DNA from: a virus
Lineage: Duplodnaviria; Caudoviricetes
Reading direction: 5' to 3' (one strand)
Virus record (IMG/VR): IMGVR_UViG_3300031749_000016
Location: 1 to 38,484 of that record
DNA: 38,484 nt
In this document: piece by piece, positions 17,758 through 26,918 of the stretch
Layout: each line of letters starts with the position of its first letter
Numbering within the stretch: position 1 is the stretch's first letter
Program-made: the position numbers and the translations under genes
Notes under the pieces: generated by a model
The model's database searches: none
What the model was told of the DNA's origin: nothing
What the model saw: only the letters and a program-made list of their open reading frames with translations

Positions 17758-19599
17758 ATGGCTGACGAAAAAGAAATAAAAATCAAAATAACTGGAGATA
17801 CATCTGGACTTCAACAGGCAACAGATCAATCTTCAAAACAAATAGAAGAAACATACAGAAACGCCGGAGAACAAATTAGAAGTTCTATCTCTTCCTCTCT
17901 ATTGGGAGTTGCATTAACAATCGGCACAGTAGGTAGAATAATCAATGAAAATTTTACTATATACCTACAACAGGGATTAAATGAACTTCAAGAAATAGAT
18001 AGATACGCAGGAGTTATAGAAAAATTAGGTTTCAAAATTTCAGTTGATGATGTTGAAAAATACATTACTGAATTGCAGAAATTAACAAACATTTCAGATA
18101 CAGCATTAAGATCTGCTTTTGAAAGAGCACTTATTATAACAAAAGATCTCAACAAAGCTTTTGAAATAATAAAACTTTCTGCTGATATAGCTGCAACAGG
18201 TCTTGTTGATATGGATACAACAGCAAGGGCACTATCACAAGTAAGCATTGGACTTGACTATGGATTGAGAATGATAGTTAGACAACTTGGACTTGCAGTC
18301 CCTGAAGGTGCAAAAACAGATCAAATTTTCAAAATGTTGCATCAAACTTTTGATGGATTGTCAGAAAATATAAAATCTGGAATCTCGGGATCCTTCATAG
18401 AATCTCAATTAAAATCAGGAGATTTAAGAGAAGCAATTGGAAAATTTGTTGCAGAATCAGAATCAAAATATGTTCCAGGAATTGTGAATATTACAACTGA
18501 ATTGGAAAATATGGCTGACAAACTTAGAAAAAGTGAATCACCTTTTGCTGATTTATTAAAAGATATGGTCGGATTCATAGGAATATCAACAAATGTCGCA
18601 AAAGGATTTGGAAATATAGCAAATGAGGTTATGACTTTAGTTCAAACTTTGGCATTGTTGAAGATGGCTGGCATGGGAGGTATTACAGCTGGAGCAATAG
18701 GAGGGGCAGTAGGAACAGGAGTTTTGGGAGTAATAGGAGGATTAGGAATTGCTGGATTAGTAAAAAAGGGGATGGAATGGTTTTATTCACTTCCATTTAT
18801 GCAAGAATCTTTTTGGAGAATGAATGTACCTGAAAAAGTAGAACGGATAGCGGTTGAAAGAGGAAAAGCAATGGAATACTACTATCCAATAATAAGTTCA
18901 GAAAAACAGGTAACAAATGCACTAATAGAAAGAGGAAAAGCAATGGAAGAACTCTATGGTAAACAAGAAAAAGTAAACGACGCACTATCAGCGGAAGTAG
19001 AAAATTCTCTAAAACTTGTTGGATTAAGAGGTGAAGAGAGAGACAGAATGAGTATAATTCTTGAATACGATGAAAAAATTGCTAAAGCAAAAGAGGAAGG
19101 TAGATTAAAAGATGCAGAAGCACTTGAAAAAATAAAGGCAGACCAACTTGCTATTTATGATGAAAGTGTAGCAAAAAGAAAAGAAGCAGAAAATAAAGCT
19201 TTGGAAGAAAGAGCAAGAACTATAAAAGATGAAGTGACAATGTCTAAAATGTCTGATGAAGAGAGAGTTAGATTTAAAATACAAAGAGAAGTAGAATCAA
19301 ATATGGATCTAGTTAAATCAGGAAAACTTTCATACAATGAATTATATGAATATGCAAAATTGAAATTCCAAGAAACAAAAGAAAAAGAAGTATCTTGGGC
19401 TAAAGCGGAATTGTTAGGACCTACATCTGCTTTTCTAAAAGAATTAACGGGATATTCATTTACAAATGCAATAAAAAGAATTCAAGTTGATATAAATTTA
19501 AATGGAGTTAATTTTACTGGTAATTTGAGCGAAGCACAAGCAAGAGCTATTGGAGCAGAAATAGGATTAAAACTTAAATCATCAGGAGCAATATCTTGA
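17758..19599 (+). CDS. Tail tape measure protein
   Basis: N-terminal IKIKITGDTSGL, long helical Ala/Leu-rich body, Gly-rich hydrophobic segment. Confidence 0.88.
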   Translation: MADEKEIKIKITGDTSGLQQATDQSSKQIEETYRNAGEQIRSSISSSLLGVALTIGTVGRIINENFTIYLQQGLNELQEIDRYAGVIEKLGFKISVDDVEKYITELQKLTNISDTALRSAFERALIITKDLNKAFEIIKLSADIAATGLVDMDTTARALSQVSIGLDYGLRMIVRQLGLAVPEGAKTDQIFKMLHQTFDGLSENIKSGISGSFIESQLKSGDLREAIGKFVAESESKYVPGIVNITTELENMADKLRKSESPFADLLKDMVGFIGISTNVAKGFGNIANEVMTLVQTLALLKMAGMGGITAGAIGGAVGTGVLGVIGGLGIAGLVKKGMEWFYSLPFMQESFWRMNVPEKVERIAVERGKAMEYYYPIISSEKQVTNALIERGKAMEELYGKQEKVNDALSAEVENSLKLVGLRGEERDRMSIILEYDEKIAKAKEEGRLKDAEALEKIKADQLAIYDESVAKRKEAENKALEERARTIKDEVTMSKMSDEERVRFKIQREVESNMDLVKSGKLSYNELYEYAKLKFQETKEKEVSWAKAELLGPTSAFLKELTGYSFTNAIKRIQVDINLNGVNFTGNLSEAQARAIGAEIGLKLKSSGAIS

Positions 19600-19880
19600 G
19601 CTATAAAATCAAATCAGATACCGGTGATTATACTTTAAAATTGCAATCTGTAAGGGATACTCCAAGAGGAAGTTTTGCTTCCCCTGGAGGTTATAGAACA
19701 TACAGACAGGTCACTATTTGTATTGAAAAAGATAATAACGGTCAACCAACAGAACAAATACTGAATATTCTAAATTCCGAATTCCCTGACTATATACTTA
19801 CTCAACAACCATCTGTATCTGCTCCAGAAAATACAAAATGTATATATTTTTCGATGACTTTATTAAAGGTAGAAAAATGA
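19596..19880 (+). CDS. Putative distal tail protein
   Basis: Synteny after the tape measure; TTGA overlap. Confidence 0.35.
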   Translation: MSYKIKSDTGDYTLKLQSVRDTPRGSFASPGGYRTYRQVTICIEKDNNGQPTEQILNILNSEFPDYILTQQPSVSAPENTKCIYFSMTLLKVEK

Positions 19881-20851
19881 CAAAAGTTTATGAAGTCCCT
19901 GGAGCACAACTTGGAATGGTAGGAAAAGATTCAATTGATATAGAACAATTTAACTTAACAATTGGTTATGACTCGCCTGCAAGATTGAATTGCACTATCA
20001 TACCTTTGAATGAAGAAGAAAATATGTCTTTTGCAGGAGAAGGATATAATTTGATATTAGAGACAGGAGAAAATTTAGGCTTATGGTATCCTGAAAGAAT
20101 TACATACACATTTGATAGAATAGAGATTTCTTTATTCACGATAATGCAAGTTTTTGATTTCTATCCAATTATAAACGATGATTCTGATGATGGATGTTAT
20201 CATTTTGATACTAGTAAAACACTTCAGGATGTTGTAAATACAATAGTATCATCTTTACCAGGATTAGGATACTATATCAATCTATCTGATAAGTTAAAAA
20301 CCTTAAAACTACCGAGTGAAAAGAAATATGGAAATGGAGAAAGTTTACTATCAATTTTAAGAGACATTGCTGATTTTTCTGGAGCTGTAATGTATGATAA
20401 TATTTTTTATGCAAGAGTAGACATTGTAACTCCTACAAGCAAATTAACGCCAGGAGCACCTGCTGGTGGAAAATACTATGAAGATTATGTTATGAATGTT
20501 GCAACTTCTTATACAAATGAATTTCTTTACTCTCAAGTGTTTGTAAGAGATACCGATGGTGGATTATTGAGACCAGTGAAAAAATATAGTTATAAACCAT
20601 ACCCCTATAATAAGAGAGCAATCTTTTATACATACAGAGGATTGCTCGACGCAACAAAAGCAAATGTTGTTGCTCAAAGAATAATAGATGCTTTACAAAT
20701 TGGGGACGAACAAGAAACAATTGAATGTTTAGGATTCATCCCTGCTTTACCTTTTGATCCTATGAGATCAGGTTTTGTACTCGATGTTAACTATAGTTAT
20801 GCTTACAACGAAAATCCCTTTTTATACACAACTATAAGAATAGCAAAATGA
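19877..20851 (+). CDS. Putative baseplate hub/Tal protein
   Basis: TLQDVV..IV and GESLLSILRDIADFSG hub-like motifs; synteny. Confidence 0.6.
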   Translation: MTKVYEVPGAQLGMVGKDSIDIEQFNLTIGYDSPARLNCTIIPLNEEENMSFAGEGYNLILETGENLGLWYPERITYTFDRIEISLFTIMQVFDFYPIINDDSDDGCYHFDTSKTLQDVVNTIVSSLPGLGYYINLSDKLKTLKLPSEKKYGNGESLLSILRDIADFSGAVMYDNIFYARVDIVTPTSKLTPGAPAGGKYYEDYVMNVATSYTNEFLYSQVFVRDTDGGLLRPVKKYSYKPYPYNKRAIFYTYRGLLDATKANVVAQRIIDALQIGDEQETIECLGFIPALPFDPMRSGFVLDVNYSYAYNENPFLYTTIRIAK

Positions 20852-21240
20852 TGAAAGAAAAATGGAATGAAGCATATAGAAAAGTAATTAGTTTGTATCA
20901 ATTTCAGCCTAATATTTATGAAGGTTGGATATTCAAAGGAAATTCAGTTTCTGGCGGAGCTGTTGAGATTGATTTATCAATTAGTAAATACAACTATTTC
21001 AAAATGGAAGGAGATGTGACATTAAGTTTAATAAAACCTCAATTAGGACAAATATATATACTTAAAATAGAAATCACAGATAATGGATTTAATCTAACCT
21101 TCCCTGATAATTTCAGATGGGCTACTCAATTTACAAATTCTAAAGGGATAAACTATATTCAATTTTTGTATACTACCGAGGATAACATACATTTCTATTA
21201 TGATGTTTTGTCAACAATAGAGGGTCTTACAAGTGGATAA
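20848..21240 (+). CDS. Tail tip/fibre-associated protein
   Basis: IDLS..NYF, LTFP.NFRW beta-domain common in phage fibres. Confidence 0.5.
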   Translation: MMKEKWNEAYRKVISLYQFQPNIYEGWIFKGNSVSGGAVEIDLSISKYNYFKMEGDVTLSLIKPQLGQIYILKIEITDNGFNLTFPDNFRWATQFTNSKGINYIQFLYTTEDNIHFYYDVLSTIEGLTSG

Positions 21241-23566
21241 AGTTAAACTTGCAAAAAGGATCCTGTTAGATAATTGTTCTTATGGAGATTCTTATTGGTA
21301 TGTTCATAATTGGATTTGTAATGTAGAAGATAAATTTTATATTGTTTGGTGGGATGAAAATTCTAATCAAACTAAATTAATAGGTTATGACTACAAAGGA
21401 AATAAGTTGTTAGAGAAAAATCTTTACAATGGTTATTTCAGTGATTATGAAATGATTTATTTCAATGAAAAAATCCATATTGTAGCAATTATATATGGTG
21501 GTTATGAAGAAGATACTATTCTTAAATACTTCTCATATGATTTATCCACAGGAAATCTATATTCTCAAACTTTGAAAAATATATCCTATTTCAGCGACTT
21601 CGGAGGTCAACATCTTTCTAATTTTACTATTATGAACGGAAAACTCTATATTGTAGTATTGATCCCTGATGTTTATATGCACGGTTCTATATACAATCAG
21701 CGATATAAAACATATATATACGAAATAACAAATGTAATTACAGAACATTTGATTGACTACAAAGACAATAAACTAAAACATCTTGATGTTTATTCTGATA
21801 GTTATTTTGGATATTCTCCATATAGAATTCCAATGCAATTCTATTACTATAATATGCGATTTTATAGTTGTAGGACAATGTATTTACCAAGTTATCATAA
21901 GTTTTTTTTCAATAATTACGACGGATATTTTGGTAATGTATGGAGTGCTAATACAACATATCCATCAAACACTTTTAGAATCTGTCCTAATTGGATTCCT
22001 AATATGGCCTATGAACCATCCGCTGGATACTACAATGGGAATCTACCTCAATTAGAACACGATTACAATCTTGGAGATATCATTAGATATTACGATGGAA
22101 ATTGGCAAAACATCTACTACGATACAAGAAACGACATCATACTAAAATGTGCTTCACCAGGAAAATCAGGATCAGATTATCCTAATTTAAAAACAAAAAT
22201 ATATGGAGATTCTTTTTTTTGGGGAACTGCTATATTTACACTATACTATGCAAGAAGCTATACCATTGCATGTTCAGCATCCAACACGCTAACAACGGGT
22301 TCATCCCAACCAATTTTCTATACTTATGGAACACTGATAGGAGATGGTGTTTACGATGATGGAACATTAAAAATGTCCAATGGGCAAGTTAGACCTCTAC
22401 GATGGATCTCAGAAACAAGATATTATAGATCTGAGTACATAATTGAAAATGGTAAAATATTTTATGTTTACCAAGTACCTTCAACAGATCCTTACAAATC
22501 AGGCATTACAGGAAGTTCTAAACCTCCTTTTGATACTGCTAATCATTACGACGAAATAACAGATGGAACAATAACTTGGAAATGTTTTGATCCTGTTTAT
22601 GCATTTTATTATCCACCTTTAACACAATTTTTACCTAACTACAATGAAGAAGAATATTTAGATGATCTATATTTTTACTACAAATGCAATTACAATGCTG
22701 TTCCATCAAATATGGTTATAAGAGTAGTAAAAGAAAGCGATCTTAATGTGTACTATGATTTAACTCCAGATTCAGAATACAAATTTAAATACAATTCATA
22801 TAATTTCAATGATACTTTTTTTATGGCAGTTTTATCAAATGGGCTTGGAACTTTTGAAAGACCTTTGATATATAGAAAACACCTATACAACATTCCTAAT
22901 TTAACAAAAATATCATCAACCAATAATTATTTGTATATCAATTTTGCGAATAATGCCGATTTCAACAATGATCCAACTTGTCCTGGTAAACCTTACGATA
23001 CTGTGATATTAGATAATAATCTTAATATTTTATTCAAGAAGAATTATTTACCTATGGACGATGAAAATCCTTCTGAAACAAGATGGTATCAAACATTTAG
23101 AATTCCTAAAAGAGTAGATAATTATATTTTTTTCTCGGAAAATGATTGGAACACCTGGGAAGAAAAAATCAGAAGGTTTACAATAAATATCGATGGAACA
23201 TTAACAGAGGATTGGTCTAAATCTTTACCCGAAGAAACAACATATAACGATAATTGGTTTTATATTTTGACCAATACTAATAAATTACAATTCTTTTTTA
23301 ATTACAATACTAAAAGTTTTTTAATAAAAGAAATTGATTTGAATGGAGAAAACGGTAAAACTTGGCAATTGTATGTGCCTAATGCAATGAATATGTATAA
23401 AGATGTTTTTACTTCTACTTTTTTTATAGTCAATAATGATGTAATGATTCCTGCATACTATTCTTTCAAAGGTGAGAGTGGAACATATTTAGTAATATTC
23501 ACAAAAGCAAAGGGAGGATTTTTTGCTGTTCCTTTAAAAATAAGAGAATCAGGAGGTAGGAAATGA
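21233..23566 (+). CDS. Putative receptor-binding protein (Tyr/Asn-rich, propeller-like with inserted repeats)
   Basis: 777 aa, last tail gene; internal WxxxTxY and GxSGxxxP...DGTxxW repeats. Confidence 0.6.
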   Translation: MDKVKLAKRILLDNCSYGDSYWYVHNWICNVEDKFYIVWWDENSNQTKLIGYDYKGNKLLEKNLYNGYFSDYEMIYFNEKIHIVAIIYGGYEEDTILKYFSYDLSTGNLYSQTLKNISYFSDFGGQHLSNFTIMNGKLYIVVLIPDVYMHGSIYNQRYKTYIYEITNVITEHLIDYKDNKLKHLDVYSDSYFGYSPYRIPMQFYYYNMRFYSCRTMYLPSYHKFFFNNYDGYFGNVWSANTTYPSNTFRICPNWIPNMAYEPSAGYYNGNLPQLEHDYNLGDIIRYYDGNWQNIYYDTRNDIILKCASPGKSGSDYPNLKTKIYGDSFFWGTAIFTLYYARSYTIACSASNTLTTGSSQPIFYTYGTLIGDGVYDDGTLKMSNGQVRPLRWISETRYYRSEYIIENGKIFYVYQVPSTDPYKSGITGSSKPPFDTANHYDEITDGTITWKCFDPVYAFYYPPLTQFLPNYNEEEYLDDLYFYYKCNYNAVPSNMVIRVVKESDLNVYYDLTPDSEYKFKYNSYNFNDTFFMAVLSNGLGTFERPLIYRKHLYNIPNLTKISSTNNYLYINFANNADFNNDPTCPGKPYDTVILDNNLNILFKKNYLPMDDENPSETRWYQTFRIPKRVDNYIFFSENDWNTWEEKIRRFTINIDGTLTEDWSKSLPEETTYNDNWFYILTNTNKLQFFFNYNTKSFLIKEIDLNGENGKTWQLYVPNAMNMYKDVFTSTFFIVNNDVMIPAYYSFKGESGTYLVIFTKAKGGFFAVPLKIRESGGRK

Positions 23567-24216
23567 GAGATATTAAATATATTGTTATCCATCATTCCGC
23601 AACATCTCCACCAAATGATATTAATACTGCTAAAAACATAATCAAAAGGCAGATGGAAGATTACAATGCAGGAAAGATTATTTCTCCCTACACCAACACC
23701 TATCATTACATGATAACTGCAAATGGTGAAGTTGTTCCTTGGATCTGTGAATATAAAGTTTCAGGGCATTGTGGAAATGATGATATAAATAAAATATCCA
23801 TTGGTATCTGTCTTTTAGGAAACTTCCAAAAAGAAACACCAACAAAAAATCAATACAAAACACTTTTGAAAATAAGTAAAGAATTGTATAATAAATATAA
23901 ATTCAAAGATATTTTAGGACATAGAGATATAATTGAAACTGAATGTCCTGGAAATAATTTGTATAACTTGATACCTAATATTAGAAAGGAGGTTTTTATG
24001 GCACCAATAGAAAACTGGGAATCAGAAGCGATAAGATTTTTGTATGAGAGAGGCATTATTAGAGACTTAGATATACATCTGCAAAATCACAACCAACCTT
24101 TAACAACTGCGCAAGTATCTGCTATAATAATGAATTTAGTAAATTATTTTGAAAGTAATGTTATCAAAGACGCAGTCAAAACTGCACTAATTGAAATCTT
24201 TAGGAGTATAAAATGA
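23563..24216 (+). CDS. Endolysin, N-acetylmuramoyl-L-alanine amidase (Amidase_2) with SLH-like C-terminal domain
   Basis: IVIHHSA, YHY, GHC, SIGICLLGNF, GHRD..TECPG; C-terminal W...AI..LYERGII...PLTTAQ. Confidence 0.9.
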   Translation: MRDIKYIVIHHSATSPPNDINTAKNIIKRQMEDYNAGKIISPYTNTYHYMITANGEVVPWICEYKVSGHCGNDDINKISIGICLLGNFQKETPTKNQYKTLLKISKELYNKYKFKDILGHRDIIETECPGNNLYNLIPNIRKEVFMAPIENWESEAIRFLYERGIIRDLDIHLQNHNQPLTTAQVSAIIMNLVNYFESNVIKDAVKTALIEIFRSIK

Positions 24217-24509
24217 ACGAATGGATCAAAATTCTTGCAGATTATGGATTAAGCGGAGTTCTTGCAATTTGTATTGTTTACTTGGTTAGAAATATAAAAT
24301 ATTCAAACGGCGATAAAAAGATAGAAAGTTTAACAGATATATCAAAGGATCAACGATACAAATTAGATTCAATTTCTAAATGTCTACAAGATGTTTCTAA
24401 TGATTTAAAACAACTATCCAATGACATAAGAACTTACACAAAAGAAACTTCTAATCTATCATCCAAAATAGAGATTCTAATAAAACTTATGGATGTTAAA
24501 AATGGATAA
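24213..24509 (+). CDS. Putative holin (single TM plus coiled coil, BhlA/UviB-like)
   Basis: N-terminal TM YGLSGVLAICIVYLV; adjacent to the endolysin. Confidence 0.55.
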   Translation: MNEWIKILADYGLSGVLAICIVYLVRNIKYSNGDKKIESLTDISKDQRYKLDSISKCLQDVSNDLKQLSNDIRTYTKETSNLSSKIEILIKLMDVKNG

Positions 24510-24759
24510 GTTTGATATTTTAAAAACAATTCTTGAAAATATTGATCCGATTGTAGATACTATTATTACAGGGATTGAAACATCACCAAAGAGAATAGAA
24601 TATTCTCAAAAGTTATGGAATATACTATTACAAATCTCTCCACCAGAGGAAATTTACTATTTGATTTATCAATTTTATCAATTGCATCCTAAAGAATTTT
24701 TAGCATTAATCGAGAAATTCAAACAAGATGTTATAAAAATATTGGAACAAGGAGGATAA
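24502..24759 (+). CDS. Hypothetical protein
   Basis: Overlap-coupled ORF. Confidence 0.55.
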   Translation: MDKFDILKTILENIDPIVDTIITGIETSPKRIEYSQKLWNILLQISPPEEIYYLIYQFYQLHPKEFLALIEKFKQDVIKILEQGG

Positions 24760-24761
24760 TA

Positions 24762-25775
24762 ATGTTAACAAACAACAAAGAAAAAGCAAAAGAAATTTTA
24801 AAAACTTATAACAGAAAAATGGGTTTGATTTATAAAAAAATTACTTCTTTGAAACCTTTATCATCTTTGAAACTTCCAGAAACTTTACCTTCAAAAGTGG
24901 ACTTAAGAAATCAAATGACACCTATTAAAGACCAAGGACCTTTAGGAACTTGTGCTTCTTTCGCAGGAGCAGGGGCAAAGGAATACTATGATAGCAAAGA
25001 ATACAACAAGATGATGGACTTAAGCGAGTATTATTTATACTACTATGCTAAAAAACTTGATGGTTATCCGAACGAGGAAGGAACTACTCTCGAAGCAATT
25101 GCTTATGCTCTACAACTTTATGGAATCTGTGAAGAAAATTATTATCCATACAATCCTAACCATTATCCGGAAGATCCTCCATCTGATATTGCAAATAAAA
25201 ATGCTAAAAAATACATTATAACCAATTTTTATTCCTTAGATTCTGTTGACGATATTAAAAAAGCACTATATCAGGAAGGTGCAATATATATAGGAGTTTT
25301 GGTAGCAGAAAATTTTATGTCTCCTAAAAATGGTTTTATTCCGATACCAGACGGAAATGTGTTGGGCGGGCACGCCCTTTGTGTTGCAGGATATGATGAC
25401 TCACTTATCTCGCCTTGGGGAAACAAAGGTGCTTTCATAGTCAAGAACTCTTGGGGAACAAGTTGGGGGGACAAGGGTTACTGCTACATTCCTTATGATG
25501 TGATGAATTGGGTAGATAAAGATGGGTACATTCCTTTTTATTGGGGAGGAATTGGAATGATTGATTATATAGAACCACAAAAGATAACGATTGAAATGTG
25601 GATAGGAAAAGATACTGCAAAAGTAAATGGAAAAGATGTTAAGTTAGACCAACCACCAATAATTGACCCGAAATCAAATAGAACTTTAATTCCAGTTAGA
25701 TTTGTAGCAGAAAATTTAGGCTGTCAAGTTGATTGGGATGGAACACATAAAAAAATAACAATAAAACAATTATAA
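24762..25775 (+). CDS. Papain-like (C1) cysteine peptidase with C-terminal copper-amine-oxidase-N-like stalk domain
   Basis: VDLR, DQGPLGTC, GGHALCVAGYDD, KNSWGTSWGDKGY; MWIGK..AKVNG...PPII..RTLIPVRFVAENLG..VDWD. Confidence 0.92.
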   Translation: MLTNNKEKAKEILKTYNRKMGLIYKKITSLKPLSSLKLPETLPSKVDLRNQMTPIKDQGPLGTCASFAGAGAKEYYDSKEYNKMMDLSEYYLYYYAKKLDGYPNEEGTTLEAIAYALQLYGICEENYYPYNPNHYPEDPPSDIANKNAKKYIITNFYSLDSVDDIKKALYQEGAIYIGVLVAENFMSPKNGFIPIPDGNVLGGHALCVAGYDDSLISPWGNKGAFIVKNSWGTSWGDKGYCYIPYDVMNWVDKDGYIPFYWGGIGMIDYIEPQKITIEMWIGKDTAKVNGKDVKLDQPPIIDPKSNRTLIPVRFVAENLGCQVDWDGTHKKITIKQL

Positions 25776-25784
25776 GGAGGTTAA

Positions 25785-26018
25785 ATGGATAAAAATATTA
25801 ACGAAAGATTAAATGAAATTGAAAAGCAATTGAAAGAAATAAATGAAAAAATAGAAAAACTTAAAATTACATTAGATAAACTAAAAATACCTTATTACCC
25901 TTTACCTTATTCACCTTATTGGCCTTATTTACCTTATTGGTGTTCACCTTATCTACCTTGGTGGTTTTTTTATACAACTGCTAATACAGAAGATTTTTAT
26001 ACAAAAGAGGACTTATGA
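25785..26018 (+). CDS. Hypothetical protein, coiled coil plus Pro/Tyr/Trp-rich tail
   Basis: AGGAGG RBS; repeated CCTTAT codon pairs. Confidence 0.6.
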   Translation: MDKNINERLNEIEKQLKEINEKIEKLKITLDKLKIPYYPLPYSPYWPYLPYWCSPYLPWWFFYTTANTEDFYTKEDL

Positions 26019-26245
26019 CTTTAGATGAAACTGATTTAAAAAATGCATCAAATATTTTAAAACTCTTACTTGAGAGTTTAGATTTTATTATTTCTAACAA
26101 ATACGAAGATTTTTCAGAAGAAAAATGGCAAAATCTTTATGGCGAAATAGGAAGTTTTTGGATGAATGTATTTATAGGAACTGCAGAATATTTAAAACAA
26201 CATCCTGATATAAAAAAATATATAGAAAATAAAATAAATGAATGA
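26015..26245 (+). CDS. Hypothetical protein
   Basis: GAGG RBS, ATGA overlap. Confidence 0.6.
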   Translation: MTLDETDLKNASNILKLLLESLDFIISNKYEDFSEEKWQNLYGEIGSFWMNVFIGTAEYLKQHPDIKKYIENKINE

Positions 26246-26304
26246 TATAATTTTTGTAAAAACTTGGCTCATTCAAGGAGCAATTTTTAGAAAGGAGGCG
26301 AATT

Positions 26305-26577
26305 ATGGGAACAATTGAACCAGTATGGCTCAACACTTTGCTTGGTGTAATTTTACCCTTTGTTATCCAATGGTTTAAAAACAACAACTGGAAAAGAGAA
26401 TGGAAATTTTTGTTTGCTTTGATTGTTTCAATTGTAGTTGGCATTATCAGTGCATATTTCACCAATAACCTACTTTTTGATATTGAAAAAATTATGGGAA
26501 CAATTACTTACATTTTTGCTGTTTCTCAAATAATTTACAACTTATTCAAAGATGGTATAGAAAAATTGAGTCCTTAA
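26305..26577 (+). CDS. Putative holin (multi-TM)
   Basis: AAGGAGG RBS; 2-3 hydrophobic helices; end of the lysis module. Confidence 0.65.
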   Translation: MGTIEPVWLNTLLGVILPFVIQWFKNNNWKREWKFLFALIVSIVVGIISAYFTNNLLFDIEKIMGTITYIFAVSQIIYNLFKDGIEKLSP

Positions 26578-26579
26578 AA

Positions 26580-26644
26580 CATACATATAATGTATATTAT
26601 CTGAATTGTTAAGAAATGTATACATAATATATATTTCTTAAGTA
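26580..26644. other. Two oppositely oriented dif-like (Xer) 28-mers
   Basis: CATACATATAA-TGTATA-TTATCTGAATT (26580-26607, +) and TACTTAAGAAA-TATATA-TTATGTATACA (26617-26644, -). Confidence 0.35.
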
Positions 26645-26677
26645 TCAAAAAATGAGAATTTAAATTCTCAAATAATT

Positions 26678-26734
26678 TAATCATAGAGTATATTTGTTCG
26701 ACATACAAGAATTACCCTCTATGATTATTTTTTT
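26678..26734 (+). terminator. Probable late-operon terminator
   Basis: TAATCATAGAG / CTCTATGATTA stem followed by T7; loop is unusually long. Confidence 0.45.
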
Positions 26735-26863
26735 ATGGTGTCATAACAATATAACGGAAATATACTCTAAATGTTACTTCCTTCATATCCATTAATCATA
26801 CTTATTGATTAGTTTTATTATCTATATTCAAGGAATTATCTTTAATAACGAATTTGGAGAATA

Positions 26864-26891
26864 TTGACTTTTTCAATAAATTTATTATAAT
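26864..26891 (+). promoter_or_regulatory. Sigma70-type early promoter
   Basis: TTGACT-N16-TATAAT upstream of the first early gene. Confidence 0.75.
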
Positions 26892-26918
26892 AAAATTAAT
26901 AAAAAAGGAGGTGCGAAG

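Noticed and set aside
21233-23566. Diversity-generating retroelement target
   Set aside because: No reverse transcriptase and no TR/VR pair seen
26678-26734. preQ1-I-like TAGAG...CCCTCTA stem
   Set aside because: Loop and 3' tail do not fit, and it is far from queT; better read as a terminator
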